Shown: one piece after another, positions 11,301 through 19,657 of the stretch
Numbering within the stretch: the first letter of the stretch is position 1
Layout: each line of letters opens with the position of its first letter
IMG/VR virus record: IMGVR_UViG_3300028027_000002
Coordinates: 47,871-111,870 of that record
DNA: 64,000 nucleotides
Reading direction: 5' to 3' (one strand)
Origin: a virus
The notes under the pieces: model-generated
Told to the model about the DNA's origin: nothing
The model's input: only the letters and a program-made list of their open reading frames with translations
Database searches by the model: none
Position numbers and translations under genes: made by a program

Positions 11301-12694
11301 ATGAAAAAAACGGTCAAACCCCAGTAGGACTGGCAGAACTATACACTGTACCAGGTAAGACAGCGGATGAAAAAATAACTATATCTGGTGGTGGTGGAGG
11401 CCTTGGAATCATGGTTGATCCAAAAACAAACGCTGGATACTTTTTTGAGATAATTGCTCTTGATGCAACTAAATTAACAGACAAACAAAGACAAAATGTT
11501 CATAACATTATTTTTTATAAAACTGCTCGTAAAGCAACAGAAACTGATCCAACCAAGCCAGCAATTCCAATTAAACTATATGAGGGTCTTGCAAACATAT
11601 CTGTAGATGGAGGAGATTTTGCAGGACAGTATAGGCTATCTGCTGAGCAAGATCCAACTGTGTATGACCTATCAGTAGAGTATCAGGATATTGGGTCAAG
11701 AAGAAAGTTTTTCTTATATTTAAATAATAATCTTATTGCTACAGTATTTGATGATTCGCCACTAAAGGTATATAACAATGTTGCTCTTTTTGTTAGAGGG
11801 TCATCCAGAGTTATGTTTGAAAATGTATATGCATTAGCAAATAACTACTCTCAAAATACTTCATTCGAACTAAACACTCCAATATCAAGTGTATTCGGTG
11901 ACTCGAATGTAAATGCACACGACTCATTTAGAAAATATTCGATGAGCGGAATGGTTCAGGCATCCTATCTTTCTGGCATAGGTTCTTCACAGCCACCAAA
12001 GTTTAGCATGTACTTTGATGAGTTCGGAACTATAATGAGAGAAGCCTCATCATTTAATTTTAAATATGATTTGGCATATCCAGCACTTTATGCAGAACTA
12101 TCTCCGACTTTTAACAAACTAAAAGGATATGTAGTTTCTGGATTTAGGGCAAGATCTTATGGAGCAGAGTTTTTAGTTTTCAATACAACAGATACTGCTT
12201 TAAATTTAGACGAAACAAGTCAAAACTATTTGAGAGTTCAGGGAGTTGCTTTTACTAATCAATCTCCAAACAACTTTACTGTTGACGAATACTTTTTAAA
12301 AAATAGTGACATGTCAGACCCACAGTTTGACTCAACTGGTTTAATAACATCGGTAGGCAAAATAGCAAAGAACTATCAAGACATAAAGGCAAGCAGAATG
12401 CTATACGGAAGAAAAGATTTTTCTTTAGATGTCCCATATGTTCAATCCAAAGACGATGCTGAATCATTAATGTCTTGGCTTGTACAGAAAATAACAAAGC
12501 CAAGAAAGTCTATAGGTCTTAAAATATTTGCAAACCCTATGATACAACTTGGGGATATTGTAAAGGTAGACTATGTAGAAAAGGGTATAAACAAAATTGA
12601 CGAGGATGACTCTAGGTTTGTAGTGTACAATATAGAGTATTCAAAAACAAAAGATGGCCCAGAAATGTCTATATTCTTAAGTGAGGTATTGTAA
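8396..12694 (+). CDS. Large minor tail / baseplate hub-like protein
   Basis: 1432 aa, beta-rich, C-terminal NPMIQLGDIVKV motif typical of hub/Tal proteins; synteny. Confidence 0.6.
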   Translation: MFQDKDLLNHIETSSSIKTQSAVIAEWNMNIHTNILAVGNYRYRPNQSSSIYRTIPNTFALENKNTTTAFYYGATDADVVVDAGFENNDLPMRLVPKKDKLKMLYSLEDCLKSFRPRSGINKAMFLDGRFLHNPDINMARKPRYYMPDKNDPFKYWTSYRTENGTEYGISNKTINGRHAIEDAAPFVVYKEKIPANRIVVKMQTNTGDINSGVYTKKSGSFSDPYFGELNQTTPSVWKIQVLKNNSWVDALSFSDQTRRKDGTPIIQSDGYVEISYGLVVPKIYSEVFTYRGELSSVSLKPIVGTREGDAFLVIENSGDIGEYHIWYKDEWKIFVPTYGWKFQEPEVDSFTNFVTELSDPTKYIVSGETKYKEFEYISGIRVVVDSMKKFDSSFDLIELSPRLTADLSDRVTSFNINKSASDLGVSGMPVGQLLASTGSISFFDFDDSFNDNNIKSIVANKKIKNVQIKIYEVLTDAIGISYYVPVKTMYSDGFPKTNNQSKEVSLDLRDLYFYFESQTAPEILSTSTSVSAAVSLLLDSIGFSNYIFKRVEGESEMVIPYFFIPPDKSVAEVLESLAISTQTAMFFDEYNNFVMMSKDYIMPTEAQRPTDLTFYGSSDSDDVEVIKNKTIKPKLSNIIELTSQNNQVYNGGQISYTTRHIQRSVGTIKEALMVDRERSYTYKPVPLWEVSGTEFTKSINQEVGNMSSYSLSAIPLNSSLSSLVPTVSSGRIINNTIDLGEAIYYISRYNGYFYANAEIIKYDAVQYNVSGSGDVWINSVEEYSKYFASLPFNGKIYPTGLIRIYSEPNYEEVNGFSRLKNGEVAKHGRGQFGTPVVEHTAGLSDHWSNNDNVRGCNMESKYLFRFNQTLPATTQDVSAGINNTLATKTTRNGIIKNFYSSKYIAESEINKMLSVQAGTVQSSALVMNGAGFKTTESPTDFISYVYKPLDNNYKHFGTRLRVIGRINDNEKNGQTPVGLAELYTVPGKTADEKITISGGGGGLGIMVDPKTNAGYFFEIIALDATKLTDKQRQNVHNIIFYKTARKATETDPTKPAIPIKLYEGLANISVDGGDFAGQYRLSAEQDPTVYDLSVEYQDIGSRRKFFLYLNNNLIATVFDDSPLKVYNNVALFVRGSSRVMFENVYALANNYSQNTSFELNTPISSVFGDSNVNAHDSFRKYSMSGMVQASYLSGIGSSQPPKFSMYFDEFGTIMREASSFNFKYDLAYPALYAELSPTFNKLKGYVVSGFRARSYGAEFLVFNTTDTALNLDETSQNYLRVQGVAFTNQSPNNFTVDEYFLKNSDMSDPQFDSTGLITSVGKIAKNYQDIKASRMLYGRKDFSLDVPYVQSKDDAESLMSWLVQKITKPRKSIGLKIFANPMIQLGDIVKVDYVEKGINKIDEDDSRFVVYNIEYSKTKDGPEMSIFLSEVL

Positions 12695-13203
12695 TGGCAG
12701 TAGATGCAACAGCAAATCAGGCAACAACAACTTGGGTATCTGACTTTGGTCGCAGTTCTGTAAAGGATCCAATTAAAGTAGCAACCCCAAATTTGGTAGA
12801 AATATTAAATCCACCACTTGACTACAATACCATGACAGAACTTATATTTCAGGATATAGGTGGGCAAGAAATGATTAATATTTCTAGGTCTGATGCAATT
12901 AATGGACAAAATATTATGTATAGCATTATAAAAAATTTAAAAAATATAATGCTTGACTATAATTCTAATAATATAATCAAACTTCAGGGCACCTCCGATG
13001 TATATTTTAAGAACTTTGCAATAAGGCTTGAGGACAAACTGCCTATTCAGGCCTCATCAGAGCAGACACCAAACGTATATATTGAAAACAGCACTAACAA
13101 TATAGTGGTTGAGTTAGTTAATCTTGAAGAAGATGAGCAGGTAGAGATCGAGATAATAAGCCAAGGATCTTACTTTGATGATATAATTGAGGATGGGGAA
13201 TAA
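12694..13203 (+). CDS. Putative virion structural protein
   Basis: Coupled ORF in tail operon. Confidence 0.5.
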   Translation: MAVDATANQATTTWVSDFGRSSVKDPIKVATPNLVEILNPPLDYNTMTELIFQDIGGQEMINISRSDAINGQNIMYSIIKNLKNIMLDYNSNNIIKLQGTSDVYFKNFAIRLEDKLPIQASSEQTPNVYIENSTNNIVVELVNLEEDEQVEIEIISQGSYFDDIIEDGE

Positions 13204-13206
13204 TAG

Positions 13207-14370
13207 ATGATAACTAATGAAGGTAAAGGTATTTTAGCAAAATATCTTGTAGGTCAGGCTCCAGCATTTGCTTCTTTTATTGCTATTGGTTGTGGAGCAA
13301 CGCCAGTCTCTTCCTCCCACATTTTTTCAAATTCTGAATTAAATGAAATAAAAAATAAAAAATCTTTAGACTTTGAGATGTTTCGTGTACCAGTAACCTC
13401 TAGAGGATATGTTACTGAAAACGGTGTAGACAAGATTGTCTTTACTGGAGAACTCCCTACACTAGAAAGATATGAAATAACAGAAGTTGGACTTTGGTCA
13501 GCAGGATCTAATCCTAGCGCAAACTTTAATGACAGTCGACCAATATTTTTGTTTAATGAGAATGAGTCTTGGCAAAATGTTAACACTCCTGGATCAGTAG
13601 TTGAACTAACACCATATACTGACAGACTAGACTTAGATGGTGTACTAATCCCTACTGAAAAATCATTTATAACAAATTCAGACAACCCAACCTTCTTAAG
13701 ACCAAAACGCTCTGGTAAGTATGAAGGATCTAGATTTTTAAATAATGTTATAGTTCTTAGAGGAGACCTATCAAAGATAGATACAGATCCAGATACTGGA
13801 ATTTTGGAAATAAATCCAACCTCACCTAGCCATTTAAGACTAACGGCAGCGACACTAGATTTTGACAAGTCATCTCCAAAAGATGAGTTCAGATTGGCAT
13901 TTTCTGTAATAAACAAAGATGAAGACAGGGATAATATACAGCCTGAGAATGTAAAAATTGTTATAGAGTTTTCAGATAAGGATGTATTAGATGATAGTGA
14001 AAAAGAATATGCAAGGTTTGAAACAGTTCTTAATAAAGATGATGTTGACTTTGCAAATCAAAGATACTTTGTTTCTGTTACAAAATTTGAAGATCTATCT
14101 AGGAGTCCTGGTTTTACATGGAAGATAGCAAATTTGGTAAAAATTTATGTAACGATAGAGGAAAAAAATCCAAACACAAATATTGTTGCTATATCTGATC
14201 AATACTATGTTTGTCTTGACGCACTAAGACTAGAAAATACAACGAACCTTAATCCTATATATGGATTAACAGGGTATTCAATTATAAAGACTGTAGACTC
14301 AAAACCTATTGTAAAAATTTCTAACAGTTCAAACCACATTGAATTTAGATTTGGTCTGGATGTTTTGTAG
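13207..14370 (+). CDS. Putative tail/baseplate protein
   Basis: N-terminal MITNEGKGILAKYL...IAIGCG and ITEVGL motifs resemble tail collar/fibre-attachment domains; synteny. Confidence 0.5.
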   Translation: MITNEGKGILAKYLVGQAPAFASFIAIGCGATPVSSSHIFSNSELNEIKNKKSLDFEMFRVPVTSRGYVTENGVDKIVFTGELPTLERYEITEVGLWSAGSNPSANFNDSRPIFLFNENESWQNVNTPGSVVELTPYTDRLDLDGVLIPTEKSFITNSDNPTFLRPKRSGKYEGSRFLNNVIVLRGDLSKIDTDPDTGILEINPTSPSHLRLTAATLDFDKSSPKDEFRLAFSVINKDEDRDNIQPENVKIVIEFSDKDVLDDSEKEYARFETVLNKDDVDFANQRYFVSVTKFEDLSRSPGFTWKIANLVKIYVTIEEKNPNTNIVAISDQYYVCLDALRLENTTNLNPIYGLTGYSIIKTVDSKPIVKISNSSNHIEFRFGLDVL

Positions 14371-14870
14371 TGCTAGATCAAGGAATAAAAAAGGCGACAG
14401 TGTCAGAAGAAGACTTACCTTCTTTTAATGCAAGCAACTTGGGATATTTTGTTAGGTATAGAATTATCTCTAGTGATAAAAATAGATATTCACACTGGTC
14501 TCCATACTATTTTTTGCTTAAAGGGATAGTTCCAAAAGTTCCTTGCTCTGTTAGTGTTACAGGCACCTCTCTAAAGGTTATTAATATGGTTTGGCAACAT
14601 CCAAAAATTTCAGATGATGCCGAAGAAACTGAAATATCGATATTTAAAGAATATGACATATACATAAGGACAAATCTTACATTTGACCCACTAGATCTTG
14701 ACGATCCTTTGAATGGTTTTATTAGTATTGGAAGTTCTTCATCAACTCAGTTTTCAACTCTAGCACCTTCTGGCATATCTTGGTTTCAGGTTGCAATCCA
14801 GGTTCCTGTCTATCCAAAAGCCTATTCTTCAAATGCTGCAATTTTTACTTCAGCACAGACAAGCCTTTAG
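14370..14870 (+). CDS. Putative virion protein (Fn3/Ig-like fragment)
   Basis: YFVRYRIIS...SHWSP motif; GTG start overlapping upstream stop. Confidence 0.4.
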   Translation: MLDQGIKKATVSEEDLPSFNASNLGYFVRYRIISSDKNRYSHWSPYYFLLKGIVPKVPCSVSVTGTSLKVINMVWQHPKISDDAEETEISIFKEYDIYIRTNLTFDPLDLDDPLNGFISIGSSSSTQFSTLAPSGISWFQVAIQVPVYPKAYSSNAAIFTSAQTSL

Positions 14871-14885
14871 TGGTATAATTATAGT

Positions 14886-15329
14886 ATGGCAAAAATACCC
14901 TTACCTGAGCGTGGTCAACCACTAGACGTTACATATATCTATGAAATGGCACAAGCAATAAATGATTTGTCTAAAGAAGTATCTCCAGCCACCTATGACT
15001 ATGTGACTGTTCAAACAGCAGACAATGGCCCACAAAACAGAAAGATTACAGAAGTCAGAATGCTTGGGGCATTGGCCAAGGTTGCAAGCAGCAGATCCGT
15101 TCTTGCTGGGGATCAATTGCCATTCAGTGTTTCTTTTGCTGGAGAGTTTAGGTTTCCACCAATTGTTACTGCAACTGCAGTCAATGCTGGTCAAACCCCA
15201 GCAGGTGCAAATGTCACATTAATTTTAAATGATCCTTCAACATCTTCTGTTAATGGATTTGTTAAGTTTAACACTTCTGGTCTAGTGTCAGTCAATGTTA
15301 ACTTAATGATTATGGGAATACCAAATTAA
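14886..15329 (+). CDS. Putative tail fibre-related protein
   Basis: C-terminal F...F..PPIV...VNLMIMG pattern like gp53/H-type lectin-like tail domains; leaderless promoter. Confidence 0.4.
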   Translation: MAKIPLPERGQPLDVTYIYEMAQAINDLSKEVSPATYDYVTVQTADNGPQNRKITEVRMLGALAKVASSRSVLAGDQLPFSVSFAGEFRFPPIVTATAVNAGQTPAGANVTLILNDPSTSSVNGFVKFNTSGLVSVNVNLMIMGIPN

Positions 15330-15520
15330 TGCTTAAGTGTACAAAGTGCAAAGGAAGAATGTTTCTTGACAGACAGTACAGCACCATTGGTCACCTTGAA
15401 ACATATTGCATGTCTTGTGGGAACAGAATTTTTTTTAATCCACCAACAAGTTCTGCGGAGGGTTTATGGCTATTAAAAAGGGAAGTATCGAGAGCGAAGG
15501 CTACAATGTCCTCCCTGTAA
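15329..15520 (+). CDS. Small zinc-ribbon protein
   Basis: CTKC...CMSC. Confidence 0.55.
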   Translation: MLKCTKCKGRMFLDRQYSTIGHLETYCMSCGNRIFFNPPTSSAEGLWLLKREVSRAKATMSSL

Positions 15521-16008
15521 TTCCAGGGAATCAAAAAGTTTGGTTTCTTAATGGAGACCTTGTAAGAGTTTACCATCTAAACAAGTCTAATGGAATAATG
15601 TCTGTTTACAATATCACAAAAGATCAGATTGAAAGTTGTTTAATTTCTGATTTTAAAAAGAATCGTGAAAGAGCATACACTGTTAGAGAGACTGCTGATT
15701 TAGTTAATCGTCACAAAAAATATATGCCATCATTAATGAAACGAGGAGTCATTCCGTTTCCAATGGGGTCTCAAAAGGGTGGTGCAAGAGGATTTCAGGT
15801 AAGATCATATTACTCAGAATCGCAAGTAAGAGAGATACGTGATATACTTGCTACATACCATATTGGTAGACCAAGAAAAGATAATTTAATAACAAATGAT
15901 ATCACCCCAAGCAAGCAAGAGTTGACACGAAGAATGGGCGATGGTATACTTACATATACAAGAACTGAAGATGGTCGATTCATTCCAATCTGGTCTGAAT
16001 CTATTTAA
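15466..16008 (+). CDS. HTH (MerR-like) DNA-binding protein
   Basis: YTVRETADLVNRH...RSYYSESQVREIR resembles MerR-type HTH plus wing. Confidence 0.55.
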   Translation: MAIKKGSIESEGYNVLPVIPGNQKVWFLNGDLVRVYHLNKSNGIMSVYNITKDQIESCLISDFKKNRERAYTVRETADLVNRHKKYMPSLMKRGVIPFPMGSQKGGARGFQVRSYYSESQVREIRDILATYHIGRPRKDNLITNDITPSKQELTRRMGDGILTYTRTEDGRFIPIWSESI

Positions 16009-16021
16009 CGAAGGGTATGAA

Positions 16022-16228
16022 ATGGAAAACGAAGACACAAAGGTATCTGTTACACTTGGATACACACTTAACCTTGGCAACTTTCAATCGCTAAGACTTG
16101 ATCTTGGAATTGTTGACTCAAGACGTAATGGAGAAACCGCAGATCAGGCTTTTGAGCGTGTTTACAAGTTTGTTGAAGATAAGTTAACAGATAAAATTAA
16201 CGAAGCAAAGGCAGAGATTAACGAATAA
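16022..16228 (+). CDS. Hypothetical protein
   Basis: ATG 16022 with GAAGGG upstream; TLNLGNFQSLRLD motif. Confidence 0.55.
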   Translation: MENEDTKVSVTLGYTLNLGNFQSLRLDLGIVDSRRNGETADQAFERVYKFVEDKLTDKINEAKAEINE

Positions 16229-16536
16229 TGGCTGAGCGCAAAGACCGAATGGCTTTGCTTTCAAGATACAGCAAGTATCATACCGCAAGGTACGAATCAA
16301 AGCCATCCCTTAATCTAAATGTAGAACAGTGGGCTTCAGATGCCCTTGTTGAATCATATGGCATTTCAGGATGTTACGATATACTTGAGTATTACTTTAA
16401 GGTTGCAGAGAATCCTTCTTGGAACTACTTTGCATACAATGCAGAAAAGATTTTACAGGCACAAAAAGATAAAAGCAGAGACGATAACGAGAGAGCAGAG
16501 CGTAGAAGAATGGCGAAGGAGTGGCTAAGTGAATAA
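16228..16536 (+). CDS. Hypothetical protein (possible helicase accessory)
   Basis: Coupled directly upstream of dnaB. Confidence 0.5.
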   Translation: MAERKDRMALLSRYSKYHTARYESKPSLNLNVEQWASDALVESYGISGCYDILEYYFKVAENPSWNYFAYNAEKILQAQKDKSRDDNERAERRRMAKEWLSE

Positions 16537-17749
16537 TACAGAGTCCAAACTAATTACTGCAGTTCTTCAAGACAAGCAGATCCATGTGCTACTACAAGCA
16601 AATGTAGACAATCTTCTTAGAACTCATGGAGATATCTGGAACTTTATAAGGCTATACTTTGAAAACAATAAGTCTCTTCCTCCTGCAGAACTTGTTACAG
16701 AAAAGTTTAGAGACTTCTCTCCAATATCAAATGTTGGAGCAACTAAGCACCACCTTGAAGAGTTGCAGGGTGAGTACTTAAACGATAGTTTAAAAGATAT
16801 TTTGCGTTCAGCAGCAACTAATGTTCAAAACAATCAAGGTAATGTCGCATTAAATGATTTAATTACACAAACCTCAGAGTTAAAGAAAAACACTTCAGCA
16901 ATCCGTGATATTGATGTAACAGACCTAGAGTCTGCAATTGCATACTTTGAAAACTTAAAGATCCAGCAAGCAGCAGGTCATGTTGGAATCAAAACAAATC
17001 TGCCAGGGTTTGACAACTATCTTCCATCTGGAATTATGCCAGGGCAGTTAGGAGTCTTTCTAGCATACCCAGGTATAGGAAAGTCATGGATGGCTTTGTA
17101 CTTCGCTGTACAGGCCTGGAAGCAGGGTAAGACACCCCTTGTAATTTCTCTTGAGATGTCAGAGACAGAAGTTCGTAATCGTGTATTTACAATTATGGGT
17201 GAGGGTCTTTGGTCTCACAGAAAGTTAAGCAATGGAGATGTGGAACTAGATACTTTAAAGGCTTGGCATGCTAAGCATCTGCAGGGCAAGCCAGAGTTTC
17301 ACATTATCTCTAACGATCAGGGTGGAGAAATTAATCCATCAGTTCTTCGTGGAAAGATTGACCAGTACAAGCCAGACTTTGTAATTGTTGACTACCTTCA
17401 GTTAATGGCTCCTAATCAGAAGTCAGATAATGAAACGGTACGAATGAAGAACCTTTCAAGAGAACTTAAACTCATGGCTATTGGCGAAGAGGTTCCTATT
17501 ATTGCTATCTCTTCTGCTACACCAGATGATGTTAATGATCTTAGTGGTGTTCCTACTTTGGGACAAACTGCTTGGTCAAGACAGATTGCATACGATGCTG
17601 ACTGGGTTATTGCCTTGGGACGAGCATCAAACAGCGATATCATTGAGTGCGCCTTTAGAAAGAACCGTAATGGCTTTATGGGAGACTTTTTGGTTCAGGT
17701 TGATTTTGACAAGGGATACTACAGGTATAAAGATTATGAAGATAAGTAG
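16529..17749 (+). CDS. dnaB: Replicative DNA helicase, DnaB-like
   Basis: Walker A AYPGIGKS, ISLEMS, VIVDYLQLM, SRELKLMA, AYDADWV, KNRNG motifs. Confidence 0.93.
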   Translation: MNNTESKLITAVLQDKQIHVLLQANVDNLLRTHGDIWNFIRLYFENNKSLPPAELVTEKFRDFSPISNVGATKHHLEELQGEYLNDSLKDILRSAATNVQNNQGNVALNDLITQTSELKKNTSAIRDIDVTDLESAIAYFENLKIQQAAGHVGIKTNLPGFDNYLPSGIMPGQLGVFLAYPGIGKSWMALYFAVQAWKQGKTPLVISLEMSETEVRNRVFTIMGEGLWSHRKLSNGDVELDTLKAWHAKHLQGKPEFHIISNDQGGEINPSVLRGKIDQYKPDFVIVDYLQLMAPNQKSDNETVRMKNLSRELKLMAIGEEVPIIAISSATPDDVNDLSGVPTLGQTAWSRQIAYDADWVIALGRASNSDIIECAFRKNRNGFMGDFLVQVDFDKGYYRYKDYEDK

Positions 17750-17761
17750 GTATAATATGGT

Positions 17762-18115
17762 ATGTCGAAAAGTACGGAGAATGCTCCACCTACCTTCTAT
17801 CATCATAAGCCTATCAAAAAGTTTTATCTTGATGGGGTTATACACGATGAGTCGGCACTTGGTAGGCTTAAAGCAGAGTATGTCAGACTCCTTGAGTCAG
17901 AGATGCGACTTTCGGGGTATGTTCCAAGAATCGATATATTACCAGACTTTACATTAGACTATAACCACAAGAAAAAATATTTTGAATTTCAATTAACAGT
18001 ACACGGAACATATACGGGGAGAAAACAAAGCGAATGGATAGCAGGAATAGACGGAAGCACAGCAATCTATACACAAAAGAGCAAATCAAAAGAGTTCTCA
18101 CAGGAACAGGTGTAA
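17762..18115 (+). CDS. Hypothetical protein
   Basis: ORF with leaderless -10 (TATAAT 17751) upstream. Confidence 0.55.
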   Translation: MSKSTENAPPTFYHHKPIKKFYLDGVIHDESALGRLKAEYVRLLESEMRLSGYVPRIDILPDFTLDYNHKKKYFEFQLTVHGTYTGRKQSEWIAGIDGSTAIYTQKSKSKEFSQEQV

Positions 18116-18978
18116 CGATTGAGTCTGAGGTTGACTCAGACTATATTATTTTCTGTCCATATCACAACAACAACAGAACCCCAGCAGGAGAAATAGATAA
18201 GAACAATGGAACTTTCTTTTGTTTTGCATGTCACCACGTAACTGGATTTATCGAATTTGTTATGCACATGTCAAACAGGACATACTTTGAGGCTGCAAGA
18301 TTTATAAAGAGCAAAGAGACAGAGACAAGTATTGAAACAGACATTGACAAGGCTCTATATAAAAAGCCAGAGTTTATAATGTTTGATGAACTAGTTCTTA
18401 AACGATTGCACAACAATCTTATTTTATCTGATAGAGCAAAAGATTATTTTACTTATAGAAAAATAACAAAAGAGTCTGCCTCTAAATTTTCTTTAGGGTA
18501 TTCAGATAAACAAGACATGGTAACTGTTCCAGTTCATAGTCCAGATGGTTTGCCAATTGGTTTTGTTGGAAGATCAATTGAGGGCAAGGAGTTTAAGAAT
18601 ACCCCAGGACTTCCAAAGTCTAAAACATTATTTAATTTGCATAGAGTAAAAAGTTCTGGAACAGTCTATGTTGTTGAGTCATCGTTTGATGCTATCAGAC
18701 TTGACCAAGTAGGGCTTCCTGCAATTGCTACCCTTGGATCAAATGTTTCTAACATACAAATAGATTTGCTTCAAAAGTACTTCAATGATATAATTGTTAT
18801 TGCGGATAATGATGAAGCAGGTGGAAATATGAAAACTAAGATAGTTGAAAAACTTGGTTCTCGTGTATCCGTAATACAACTAAATAAGCAATATAAAGAT
18901 ATAGGCGACATGGACGATAAGTCAATTAAAGAACTGGATTTCCAGTTTGACAAATCAATACAGTCTATGCTAAACTAA
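18034..18978 (+). CDS. dnaG: DNA primase (CHC2 zinc finger + TOPRIM)
   Basis: CPYH...FFCFAC zinc finger, GFVGRS, VVESSFDA, DNDEAG, KDIGD. Confidence 0.9.
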   Translation: MDSRNRRKHSNLYTKEQIKRVLTGTGVTIESEVDSDYIIFCPYHNNNRTPAGEIDKNNGTFFCFACHHVTGFIEFVMHMSNRTYFEAARFIKSKETETSIETDIDKALYKKPEFIMFDELVLKRLHNNLILSDRAKDYFTYRKITKESASKFSLGYSDKQDMVTVPVHSPDGLPIGFVGRSIEGKEFKNTPGLPKSKTLFNLHRVKSSGTVYVVESSFDAIRLDQVGLPAIATLGSNVSNIQIDLLQKYFNDIIVIADNDEAGGNMKTKIVEKLGSRVSVIQLNKQYKDIGDMDDKSIKELDFQFDKSIQSMLN

Positions 18979-19002
18979 CATAACACAGAAAAGAGAAAAC
19001 AA

Positions 19003-19656
19003 ATGGCAATACTAAGAGGAATCAAAGAAATGGGCCCAGTACTAGACGGCCCAAAGGGTGGCGACGGCCCAAAGGTTAAGTGGCTAAAACTTGCAGATGG
19101 ACAGTCTGTAAAGATTAGATTCGTAGAAGAACTTGATGAGGACTCAGCAAACTACAGTCCTGATCGTGGTCTAGCAATCGTTGTATCAGAACACACAAAT
19201 CCAAAGGACTACAAGCGTAAGGCTGTAGACACAATGGACACAGAAGGTCGTGACTGGGCAGAAGAGATGCATCGTAAGGATCCAAAGGCTGGCTGGAGAG
19301 CCCGTCTTCGTTTCTATTGCAACGTAGTTGTAGATGACGGCATTGAAGCACCTTATGTTGCAATCTGGTCAATGGGTATTAGCAAGCAATCATCATTCAA
19401 CACAATTCGTGAGTATGCACTTGAAACAGGAAGCATCTCAAATGTACAGTGGAAGTTAAAGCGTAATGGTCAGGGAACTGAAACAAATTACACATTGATT
19501 CCATCTGCACCAGATAAGGAACCATTCAACTGGGGAGACATTAAGCCTTACCCACTAGAGTCTGCACTACGCAAGGTTCCATACGCAGAACAAGAAGCGT
19601 TCTACTTGGGCTTTGACGGCCCATCTGCCACTTCAGCAACAAACGCTGATTGGTAA
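19003..19656 (+). CDS. ssb: Single-stranded DNA-binding protein (gp32-like)
   Basis: WLKLADGQSVKIRF, KRNGQGTETNYTL, aromatic/acidic C-terminal tip; between primase and polymerase. Confidence 0.7.
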   Translation: MAILRGIKEMGPVLDGPKGGDGPKVKWLKLADGQSVKIRFVEELDEDSANYSPDRGLAIVVSEHTNPKDYKRKAVDTMDTEGRDWAEEMHRKDPKAGWRARLRFYCNVVVDDGIEAPYVAIWSMGISKQSSFNTIREYALETGSISNVQWKLKRNGQGTETNYTLIPSAPDKEPFNWGDIKPYPLESALRKVPYAEQEAFYLGFDGPSATSATNADW

Positions 19657-19657
19657 T